Shown here: piece after piece, positions 23,801 through 34,790 of the stretch | Numbering within the stretch: position 1 is the stretch's first letter | How the letters are laid out: each line of letters begins with the position of its first letter | From: Sphagnum compactum | Taxonomy: Eukaryota | DNA length: 64,000 nt | Assembly: GCA_965153455.1 (NCBI GenBank) | Contig: OZ234493.1 | Location: 2,232,001 to 2,296,000, forward strand | Direction: 5' to 3' | Notes under the pieces: generated by a model | Told to the model about the DNA's origin: nothing | What the model saw: the letters and a program-made list of their open reading frames with translations, nothing else | Database searches by the model: none | Made by a program: the position numbers and the translations under genes

Positions 23801-26800
23801 CAGACACAGTACCTTCACATTAATCTTCAGAGCCACATTGGCCAAATACTGTTTACTCATCTTATAAACATGCTTGGTCAGGCAGCATTGTGATACCACC
23901 CCAAGCACAGTCTCACAATGCTTCTTCAAGTCACCTACATCAACATCCACACTGTAAGAGAGCAGTACTTGTTTCCAGTTGATCTCAGCACAGTAAGCAT
24001 TCTAATCAAAGGTATCATATACCGACTGACTTATCGCTGCCCACTTTGTAAATCCAGGGCCATCAACAAGCACATGCAAGAGCTCACACTTGCAGTTCTC
24101 ACTTCTGACAGATAGCTCACTGGAAGCCTTACATACCATACAGTGATCCATTGACGTCTGGCAGAATGGCCACAAGAAGATCTAAGCCCTTGTCCTTGGT
24201 CCTTTTCTTAACTTCTTCACAGAGATGCGAAAGAGCACGCTCGGAATGCTCTGGCCGCACACTTTGGACTGGAACAATCGGTTCTCTCTGAAAAGCCTGT
24301 GGCATATATCATGCCAACTTTAGAATACTACTAAAAGGAACAACAAATCAAACCAAGCACAAACTCAGGGCACAGGAAATACCATTCCAGAAGTTTGGCA
24401 CATAAGAGCCAACTCAGAGCAAAAAGCAGCAGCAACATTCTCTTGTACAGATCTCGAAAAATTGAGACAAGCCCAGTGGTTGACAACTCCACCATTCACC
24501 ATTTTCTGCAGATTGGACACACCAGCAAAAGAAAAATAGCACACAGATTTCAACCAGTGCAACATTAGCGAACCTATTCTCTGTACTAGCAGCACATGCA
24601 GATTGCTGTGGACAGCAAAATGTGGCAAGAGTAGATGACCATCCTGAAAGATGGCTCACAGTGACTACAGACATGCATCCAGCATCGCAACTTTCTGAAA
24701 ATGAGCAACATAAGATACAGACTGACATAAGAATTTCAGAATACTAAATTTGAAAAAACAAAAGTTGAAGAACATCCAAAAACTTCAACTCTCTGGCACA
24801 AAATAGTTATCAAGGCCCAAACACAGCAATTTTGCTTACCTTGTTCATCATATTCCACTGTCCCACTTGAGGCAGACATTCTTTTTCTCTCCCAGTATCA
24901 TGGTACTTGAGCTACAAAAGACACCCAAGACTCAGTAACAAGAAATAGCAACAGGTTAGATCTAGCAGGTACCCATCAGAGATAGAGTCATGTGTGAGCA
25001 AAGACATACCCGAGGAGCTGGTAAGATACGAGCCTCTACTTGTGCAAGCTGAGCACTAATGCGAATTCCAAACTCCTGTGCATATGGATCTTGATGGTAT
25101 GCATTATGATTTACAGTCTGCAACCCAACCCCAAAAAGACATTATATCTTTAATAAGAATAGAGAAATCTCTATTCTCACGATGAAGAAGAGACAGCACG
25201 GTTAACTCTTCCTCAGGAAGCCACAGAAAGAACCAAACAAGAACCAAACAAGGGAAGACAGAAACAAACAAAAAGCAAAAAACACACACCAGTATGAACA
25301 AAAGTGCCAGTCTCACACCTGTCCAGGGACCATCAACAGTAGTATGTATGATAGTGACTTAACTATCACAAATTCCCCACTGACTTCATCAGCTCCCTAC
25401 CGTGGGTAAAGGCCTGGGTTTCTGTTGCAATTCTGGAAGCAACGGGAAGACTCAGCCATACTACTGGCTAGCAACAGACCACAACAACAATGACAAGACA
25501 AAGAAACAAAGAAAGACAGAAAGGGAGAAGAAAAACTAAAGGAAAGGACAAACAAGGAAAGACTATGGACAAGTGGGCTTACAAAAAGCTCCCCACTTAC
25601 AAGACCCAAAGCAAAATCCTTCTGAAAATGCCAAAAGCGGAAATTCCAAACAGGAATTTTTCTTTAAGAAGCAACCCTCTAGTTCTCTTTAGAAGAACTT
25701 TTAAAGGGTAGCCTTTTGCCTTCAGAAAGATAATAAGACTGACCATCTGGAAGACAAAAAACTTCTTACAACTACAAAGTCTCAAGAATCTGCAAATTTG
25801 ACTATTGATAACCCCCAACCCCAGAAAGACAGATAATCTCAAGATTCAGATACCTCTTGCCCTTCAACTGTTTGTGATTACACAAAGAAGCAAATATCCA
25901 TTGCATACTTAAGCACTGTAGCAAGCCAGCAGCACAAAGTATGACACATTTGCTAATTCCTATAGACAACCAATACGATCACAGATAGGAGGACTCCACA
26001 GGAACACAAACCTGCAAAATATCTTTCTCACGTTCATAAGGTCGCTGGCAGGTGACTTTGAGGAGAGCTGTAATCTGCCGCTCATTCAAGCGCTTTGAAT
26101 ACCTCTGACCTTCCACAATTTTGCACACCTCCATAGGAAGATAGTTGGGTCGCTGCTGATTGCCAACTTGGAGGCATGGCAAGAATGGGTGGCGAATGAT
26201 ATACCCATACGTCTCTCTGAAGTAGTCAGTGACAGACTTCATTGTGCCCTTCTCATCAACGGGGAATCTGCATAAACAACTCAACATGAACTTGCTGACT
26301 CTTTCTACAACACCCAAGATTAATTTGGTCGATTCCAGAGTCCATCTGATTGCCAATTGACAAGATGAGCTATAACATTACAGGCACAAGGAAGTGAGGA
26401 TGCTGCATACACAAGTTCATTTGTGGCCTGATTTGTCAGCCCTGAAACTCGGTACTTCCGTCGCATACTTCCACGATGGGTGACCTCCACCTTCACACCA
26501 CGCAAGGCTCTTTTGATCTGCAGGTCAAGTCACAGCCTTTATTGCACAGAATTTGTTACACTTTGATGGATAGTAAGATTGATCTGCCAGACACGTCACC
26601 CCCTTTGCTGCTTACACTCACACAGGAATACCCAATGTAAGGTTCAGAGATGTTGGATCACAGGCTGATGCAGAATCTGAACTCAAACTCTGTTCTGACT
26701 GTCCTAACTGTAGTCTATAGTTTGGCAGACCATGGGTCCAGAAACTTCAATCTGATGACAGACCTTAATTCGATCAGCATCAGACAAGCCCCTTGATATA

Positions 26801-29454
26801 TCCCTGTTAAGAAGATCCCGAATGAACTCCATTACAGTTTTTGGCTCAATGAAGGCAGTTGATGACATGTCTGTGACAAACACATAGCCCATAAGATGTA
26901 GATATGCACTCAATATTTGAATCATCACACAATGCCCAATACAGTAAAATCCCAAATATTTGCCATCACAGGATACAGAAACTTTGCCCAGCTTCCTCGA
27001 CAATACTTTATTGGAAGTGAGGCTCAAATCTTACTGCCTCCACAACTTGCCAAACACCCATGCAACATGAGTCACCAATATATAAGACTGATCTCTAAAT
27101 GAAAGCCAATTCAGGGATTAAAAGTAGATTGTACTCGTACCAATGTTTAGGGACAGGCCCATCTGAGTTGGGCGTATACTTTGATAGAAGCCCCGCCAGC
27201 TTTCCAGTCCATCTCCAAGTGACTGTCTGGTACCAAGGTTTGGTGAGTAGAAGGAGCGGCCAACAGGGGAGTATCTGCACACAAATGAAGGTCAGCAACA
27301 ACGCAAGGCTCCACTAACAGAGGTAGTATTTCCCTCAATTAAATGTGATTGGAGAAAAAGTGACCACCTGCCCATGTAATAGTAGTCCACCTGTGGTCCA
27401 AACCAATCCTCAGATCAAATTAATATTTTGGGCCTAAACCTTATCCTTGTGGCAGAATTATAAACCAACATCAGGCACACTACATACCAACAGGAGAGAA
27501 AACACTAATGAACAAAGAAAATGTTCACAAGCCAGGATTTTCTTTCAGCATATGAAGTTAAGGGTATCAAGCTGAACCCATCATCCATCTGCCAATAAAT
27601 GCAAAAGAAAAGTCTGTGAACGTTAATATCAATTACCGATGAGTTGGAAGCTCCCTGAGAACAATGTCAAGAACCTGCAAAGCTTCCTGGGGAGCATCTG
27701 CTTGGCGGCCAGCCAAGAATTGGCCAAGGTGGTGCAGATCAGCACGTGCTGCAAACTTAATCACCACCTTGAAAGATCGTTCTCTTCTGCACTTCCAAAA
27801 CAACCCCAGCTTCAATCCATTGAAAAATTCTAAGCACAATTTGGGCTAATTCAATGCAGTGTTCTTCAGTGTGAATATCTGATGGAACAGAAGTTTTTCA
27901 CACACAAATATGGCACCTTACTGTTAATGCAGTGTCAGAAGTGTCTAAGCACTATCCACAGAACACCCAAAACATAACTTACTTGGTACCAGATTGTTCA
28001 AAACATAACAACAGGTAGTCCACAATTCCTATTCCGATAATAACAGGAATCTTAGTTGCACAACAGCAGTCCTAGTTCATAAGGGTGTACTAGGCTATCT
28101 CTGAGGAATTTGATTCAGGAACCTTTGTGTACTGCTGCCATCATCTTCCTCAAGAAGGCTTATTTGGAACTCCTTGGATGGGAATGGCAGAGGCCCAGCA
28201 GTATAAAGGCTCTTGCGGCCATCATAAGCAGGTAGCCTGTGACCCAACGCAGTCTCCCGATAAAGCTTCACCAACTGCTCCATGACAGCTCTATTGACAC
28301 CTCGAGATGTAACCTCCGGAGTGATTGCAACCTGCACAACACTACATGTCTTGATCTGCCACAACCAACTTCTCTTGTCCCAGTGGAATCATGATTCCTT
28401 ACAACAAAGCACACCTTACCTCCACATCCACCTCAGGGCAACACAACAGCCACCCCTTAACAGAAATAGCCACTTGACAGTATGGTGTATAATCTAGCAG
28501 AGATAATGTACAAATGACAGTTCATGTTCCTTCATAAACCCTGCAGAAGAGATAACTGAGAAAACTTACATCATACTGGTGAAGGTCCTTGTCAGGAAGC
28601 TCAGCAAAGAAATGATTTGCCTTCACTATACACCTCTGGCCCAATTTACCCTTACCAGGCCGTAATGGAAATCGGAGAGCCTTGCTGGATACTGGTGGGG
28701 CTACTGCTTGTGGTGAAGGGGGCTCCGGATCTTGTACAGTTGATGCTCGAACTGGAGGTGGAGGCAATGGTTGTATCTGCAGACTGCCAAACTGCTGCTC
28801 AAATAGCACTTGGCCAGGAACAAACCCCACCGCAGCTCCTGAACCCTGCACTGCTGCAGGAGGGGCAGCTGCATACTGCTGTGGTGCTAAGTATACAGGT
28901 GGAGCCTGTGATGAGGAAGCCACCTGGGTCGGATGGGCCATTTGTTGCTTACGCATAGGCATCATCTGTGCATACTGTGCAGACTGGTCTAGCCCAGACT
29001 GGGGGGCATATACTGATTGGGGATAGCCCTGTGATGCAGACTCCACATACTGCGGTCCTGGCTGACCCCTGTAAGGGTCAGCTTGGGAACCAGAAGAAGG
29101 GCCTGCTCCACTTGATGGAGAAATGCTGGGACCAGTATACTGTGGCCCTTGGCCACGCCCTCGGCCTCGGCCTCTTCCTGGGCCTGTACCTCGATCTCTG
29201 CTGGAACCTTCACCTTCATATCTCCCCTGCCTGGCAGGTGGCTGTTCCTGTCCAGGACCATGCGGTCGAGGCTGCTGTGAAGGTGGAAGTGGACGAGGCT
29301 GCAATGGTGCAACTATCGGTGGGGCAGCTGCAGGGGCAACTTGAGGGATAGCTTGAGGAGCTACCAATGCTGCCACTGGTGCAGGTGGTGGTGGTGGTGC
29401 ATCTGGTTGAGGAACATCCTCACCTTGTCGGGGTGTCTTCCGTCTCCTTGGCAT
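20803..29454 (-). CDS. AGO1: ARGONAUTE1-clade protein (Gly/Pro/Gln-rich N-terminal extension, N, PAZ, MID, PIWI); about 20 coding exons
   Basis: It starts MPRRRKT (ATG 29454). Motifs: [179 protein letters not shown], ending VMFYC*. The catalytic D-E-D-H residues are all present. Confidence 0.97.
25601..25746 (-). other. Candidate 146-nt alternative (poison) cassette exon with a structured RNA element in AGO1 intron 7
   Basis: Acceptor ttttgtcttccag| (AG 25748-25747) and donor ctt|GTAAGT (25600). Internal complementary segments span 25616-25731. Confidence 0.45.
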
Positions 29455-30529
29455 GGCTGCTTTTGTCTCTGCTGGTGGGATAGAATTGAAGAGAAGTTTG
29501 GGGTGGTTCACATGAGCTATGCTCTTAATAATACTCCATTTACCTCAGAGTAAGTAGCCTACACAAAATAGCCAAGAAAAAAATTTCCAAATAATCTATG
29601 AGACTGCAAATGAAACTCCACAACAATACTGTGTTAAGGCAAAACACAATAAGATCAAGAGTGTGGTCATATAACCTTTTCTAAGCGTCACACTCACAAA
29701 GTCAAAGTCAAACCCAGCCACCACCAGCTTCCAAAACAAGATTTATGCAAAATAGATATTGTAAGGGGCACATTAATGGGAGGAAAGAACCTGAATGATC
29801 TAGTGAAAAAACCTACCAACAACCACATCTGAGTAATATCTCTTTCACCTCACTCTAACTAGAGCTAGAGCTTCCACAAGGACCACAAATGTGAAGAGCA
29901 ACCATGGTTATCCAACACCAGATGTCGAACTGAGAGAAATAATCAGAATGTAAAGAAATCTTCAGCCCATGAGTCCCGAGCTTCAAATGGCTGGTTGACC
30001 AACTGACAGAGTAGTCCTCATGTTTGCAGATGTTGGAAGAACAATGTGACATCTAGCAAAGACGTAGACATGTGATCCGAAGGTATATTTTAACCATAAG
30101 CAAGCTAGCAATGAGCCCTAACACTGTTACCTAAGGACTCGATGCTGTTGTGGAAACTACCTAGATTGCAGCTACTGATCGAGGGTTAGCAAAAATGGCC
30201 GCAAATCCCTATCTCATAGGACTGGATACTCTCCGAGTGCACCTGGAAAAAGCGGCCAGAGCGAACTCGCACGCACAAATGAACCCCGCGGCCGCCCACG
30301 GCAGCAGCAGCTCATGAGGTAATATTACTACCTATTTGACGTAATAGCCGTGCGTGCACTTAAACAGAGTAATACAAACTCCGCCTAGAACCACAGACAA
30401 ACCAAAGCGACAGACTACATGACTGGACTGATCTACGACATGAGAAGATAATCAGGAGTAATCCGAAAAAAGAAAACCTCGGAAACAACAATCAAGCGGC
30501 ATCGCAAAGCAAGCAAGAAACATGCATAC

Positions 30530-30960
30530 CTCCAATACTCCAAGCTCCACTCGCGCTGGTTCAGTAAAGAACGAAGAAAAAAAGCTCCAACATTATTCTT
30601 TCTCTCTCCGCATGCTTCGTTCGACTAGATCAAACTCCTCCTCCCGAATGCTCCGGAAACAAAAACAACCAGTGCCTGTCTTCTGGACCAGCCACGACAG
30701 CAGCGCAAACGACAAGAAAACAAAGATGATCTCCGCTGGCTCGACGGATCTCGAAAACGGACGCGCAGAGCAAGCGCGCGAGGAGGAGGAGGAGGAGGAG
30801 GAAGAGGAAGAGGAATGGGTGCAGATGAAGAGAAGGAGCAGACGAAGCGGCAGCGACTGCGCGACGGCGGCAGCACTGCGCGGCGACAAAGGCAAGCACG
30901 CGAGCTTCGGGTCTCGAATGAGGTCCCAAATAAAGGGGATCTCGAAACCCAAGTCCCAGG
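30530..30960 (-). other. Probable non-coding first exon (5' leader) of AGO1
   Basis: GC/CpG-rich, with a (CCT)n tract on the sense strand, ending at a good donor ggag|GTATGC (30529). An acceptor ccaccag(cag)| lies about 15-20 nt before the ATG at 29454. The TSS is not determinable. Confidence 0.6.
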
Positions 30961-31049
30961 CATATTATGACCGTCGGATCAGCTAACGGGATCTGGCGGA
31001 CCAATTGCAGTGCAGATTCTGGAATTAGGGCAATCTTGCTCCAGAGTCT

Positions 31050-31122
31050 GTGGGTCCCAAATTCTAGGGCCCATTAACATTTTGAGGCCACGTGCGAGTC
31101 CTCGTACGGTACCAACCCTAAA
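31050..31122 (-). promoter_or_regulatory. AGO1 proximal promoter motif cluster: TCP/site II elements, G-box and telo-box-like motif
   Basis: GTGGGTCCC 31050-31058, GGGCCCA 31067-31073, CACGTG 31089-31094 and AACCCTA 31114-31120, immediately upstream of the GC-rich leader. Confidence 0.55.
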
Positions 31123-32310
31123 ACCAAAAAGGCTACGTACCTGGTAGGTACCTAGTACTTACTAGTTTTGCCTTACAGTAGTGTGTGTGTGTGAATGGGG
31201 TCACGTCCTTGGGACGCTGGTTTGGGACCTGGAACCAGGGGTCGTCGATCTTTTCATTTTTACTCCAAGTTATTATCATTTTCTGGATAAGTTTTCACAC
31301 GTCCTGCGTTTTACCAGCTGCGTATTTTACCCCCCCCCCCCCAACCCCATTCTTTTTCCCCCCCCCAACGTACATACGGTTACTGTATTCTTCCAGAATG
31401 TACATTACCGGGTATTTGCCAGGTGTTGGCCGGTTCTTACTAGGTTTAGCCTGGGTTTTGGAACCGATGTTTTCGGGTTTAGCCACTTTTATAAAAATGG
31501 AGAATTTTGTAAGTTTTTTTTTTTTTTTTTTTTTCCCCCCAAACATCAAAATCCGTCGATTTTAGGGCTACATTGGAATTTTTTGACTACCAATTCCTAG
31601 ATCTAATGGGTATTATCGGGTCTTGTCAAGATAAGACTTGTCGGTTCTACGTTTGAGTCTAATTCTTGGGAACATTATGGGAACTTGACCTCACCCAAGG
31701 CATTGATTCATCACAAACGTCACCAAGCGCAACAACAAGATTGATTTAGATATAGAATTTTCAAAAATGTTAAGGAGAGAAGAAGAACCACAAATTTGAA
31801 ATGTAATAGTTCCTTTAACTTTGGTCATGGTGTTAGTGCCATTGAGCTTTGTGAAATCTTTGAAAGCTCCAAAGTTTGTGAAATTTTTGTTTTCGAAGGG
31901 TTTTTGATAGGTTATGTGATTTATTGTTTTAATGGGTTGTAATGTTGCCTTCCTATAACTGTTGGAATCATGAAATTTATTCCAATCTAAAGTGATGGAT
32001 TTCATAGTTCTTTAAAAGGTAATACTATTGAATTTTGTGATTAATATCATGTACTTAGTTTTTAAATCAGCAATTGGTGCATACCATTCAAAATTGGTGT
32101 GTGGATAATGATTTTCTAGAAAGCTCCCCCCCTCACCCCCCGCGCCCAAAAGCAACCATGCTTGAAATTATGATATTTATTCTTGAAAATAAATCAATTA
32201 AATAAATAAACACCAATCCAACAAGGCAAGGGAGGAACACAAATAGAGGACCAAAGTCCAAAATTGAAACAAAGCCCAAAAATGAAAAGGAAGGAAAAAA
32301 CAATCACTCA

Positions 32311-32370
32311 AATTCGAACCCTAAGCTTAGGTCCTAACTAAATTCGAACCCTAAGCTTAGGTCCTAACTA
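32311..32370. repeat. Perfect 30-bp tandem duplication
   Basis: aattcgaaccctaagcttaggtcctaacta x2 (32311-32340, 32341-32370). Confidence 0.97.
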
Positions 32371-32399
32371 AAAACTACAATTCATCTCGAAATGGATGA

Positions 32400-34790
32400 A
32401 GATTAGGCTTTCTACAAGGCTATTACCACCTTCTACTTATAAATGCTCATTAAACCTCCGGAGGAAGGCTTTTGTTGCATTTAACTAACCATGCCATATT
32501 AACACATCATGTAGAATATCAATATTTGCTAGTGCAAGTAACAAATTACCTTCATAACAAGAGGCAAAAACATATTCATTCAATCATGATAAAACTTGTC
32601 CTTTGCATGGGCCACAATTATCATGGCAATTCCCCTAAAAATGGTAACTTTTGAAAATTGAACATGTTAAAATGGGATTGGCAATGACAAAATCAATTGG
32701 AATGTGAACCCCATATATGGATAGAATAATGTGAACACGTCATCACAAAGATTGAAGCAAGGGCAAAAATGTTGACAAAACATGTATCTACCCATGGGAA
32801 ACATAAAACCTAACATTTTTTACAATGGAAACAAAGGCATCTCGAATGGCATCATGAAAAATTATATGTTCCCTTCCATGGGAACACTGTAGAAAGTGTA
32901 TCCCCATCGAAGTCTATGGGATGGTCACAAATGCAATGGGCTAAACCTTGAACCATTAGCTAAGGGAGACCCAACTTGGTGCATAATGGTGCGAAAAGAT
33001 GTTAGAATACCATACGAAATGAAAGGATGACTGGGTGTGTAAATAACCACACCCTTGAACCTAGGCCTACACATGATTTCAAGTAAGCACAATGACAATA
33101 AAAAATCATGTTCAAAATGATGTTTAAAAAGGTGTGTTCATGCAATCTTTTTAATTTGTTTTCTTAAGGGTGATCCATTCTTCTATCCAAAAATTATTTA
33201 ACATGGGGGATACAAGCTTGGGCTATAAGAGGAAAAAGGTCTCATGCCATCTTTCAATGAGCCTAGAATAGAAACATCCCCAAATTACATGTTCATATCA
33301 CCTCCAATAAGAATGGGCGACAATCCTTTAAAAATGAAAATGCAATGAATAAGGATATGAAAGCCCAGCTCCTTAAATAGGTCATTGGGGCAATGGTTTG
33401 AACTAAAATGAACCCTACACCCCTTCTAAAAATGATGGGGAATGGGACTTATTGACAACTAAAGGGCCCTCAAGACATTCCAACAAACTTAGACTTAAAA
33501 GCCTCCCAAATATTTGGATGAAAGCCAAATCTAAAGATGAAAAATAACATTTGAAGCTTTAAAGGGGGGGAAGATTATTACAAATATGTAAGTCTTTGGG
33601 CAAAACATTGTGAAAGGATCCAAAAGGCCACCTAGACGTCCCCGAACCTCATGAGCATTTGTACATGTTGCATGCATCCTTATCCAAAGCCTCGTGGAGA
33701 AAGGAAGATGCAAAGATCTAGGAGCCAAAATGCATTATTAAAACATTATTACCATCTTCATGAGTGTAGAAACCAACAAAAAGGGGAAAATTGGGATGTA
33801 AGTTGAAATGGGACCAAGTTGCACAATTGCAAAACTAGATTGTTAACCCCACCAAAGCCAAATGGGATGCAAAATGTTTAAAAACACGAAGAGCTTCTAA
33901 GGCAAGGCCAATGATGTCAATGCCATCATATATGGGAAAGAACAAGCATGAGAAGGAAAAGTCCATTAAGCAGTTCACAAAGCCTAAAAATGAACCAAGG
34001 CAAAAAAAAACCTTCCCCATGGATCATTTTGTCATGTGCCAATGGAGGAATGGATAACCACAATGTTTCCCAAATGGGAATGATGACTAAATAATAGGGG
34101 GAGTCGCATGTCATAAAAGGCTTGAACAAATGGGAAAAGTTGAGCGAACTACCACCTATTGTTTGGAGCTCTTAAAAATGACCTATGAAAGACTATGTTG
34201 AAAGCATTTGCATGCAACACCACCCATTCAAGATGTATGTTTAAAATTATTCCAATATTGTGCACCATGATTTCACAACCCCCCTGACCATGACATTGAA
34301 TTAAAGAAAAGATAAATGAGTTTTTTAAATGTTTCAAAATTAAAAACACAAAAATATGCTCACTAACTGATATAAAATCTCGCCTACTACAATGGGTTAA
34401 ATGCTTCCAAAAAACTTGGCCAATGTTAGGAACCAAACAACTCCCAACACTCGAGTTATGCTCTTGGAAATATGCCTTGTCGTTACATAAAACATACTAA
34501 GAACAATTTGAAAAAGTTGTTGACCAACGCCTCAAGGTCAAATGAATTTCAAAAGTGTTCAAATACCATGTTAAATGATCCACCTACTCAAGCCAAACTC
34601 AAGCTATTGGGGGAAGAAAAATGCCTTAAAAAGGGTTAAAAACACCTTTTCACCACACGAGGTTAAACCTCCAAAGGCCTCACAATGCTTTTGGTGACAA
34701 ACTAAACCCAAACATGTAAATAAGGCCCTACATGTGAAATAGGGGACATCACGCTAAGGTGCACTTGAATTCCCAAGAATAAACAAAGGA
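32400..34790 (-). mobile_element. Decayed non-LTR retrotransposon, CRE-like (RT + Cys/His zinc motif + restriction-like endonuclease)
   Basis: Stop- and frameshift-riddled minus-strand translation: LAKFFGSI*PIVVGEILYQLVS (IRPIAVGE), GGCEIMVH..HLEWVVL..ANAFN, FPFVQAFY..SIGT*QNDPWG (RQGDPL, ~34021-34040), IYDGIDIIG (xADD), IAPMTYLRSWA, HCICDHPID..GIHFLQCSHG..HDAIRD (32860-32945), RVHIILS..IDFVIANP (RLE). Confidence 0.85.

Noticed and set aside
25340-25395. Hammerhead ribozyme or C/D snoRNA suggested by CTGATGA on the AGO1 sense strand
   Set aside because: No stem II followed by GAAA, and no suitably placed terminal CTGA box with a closing stem. Other CTGATGA hits in the window fail likewise.
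28617-29351. Antisense ORFs opposite AGO1 exon 1 (similar ones lie opposite the large MMS19 exons)
   Set aside because: Expected shadows of GC-rich coding sequence.
3569-29454. MMS19 + peptidase + Argonaute as a functional defence or silencing cluster
   Set aside because: All three are ordinary conserved eukaryotic genes with their own introns. MET18's link to DNA demethylation does not make adjacency to AGO1 meaningful without synteny evidence.
29455-29511. 19-aa N-terminal extension of AGO1 shown in the ORF track (MNHPKLL..)
   Set aside because: It starts at GTG and lies mostly in an intron-like pyrimidine tract before the acceptor; the ATG at 29454 gives the typical MPRRRK start.
30522-31004. 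Overlapping 110-155 aa ORFs on both strands
   Set aside because: By-products of the GC-rich, triplet-repeat AGO1 leader; no recognisable domain.
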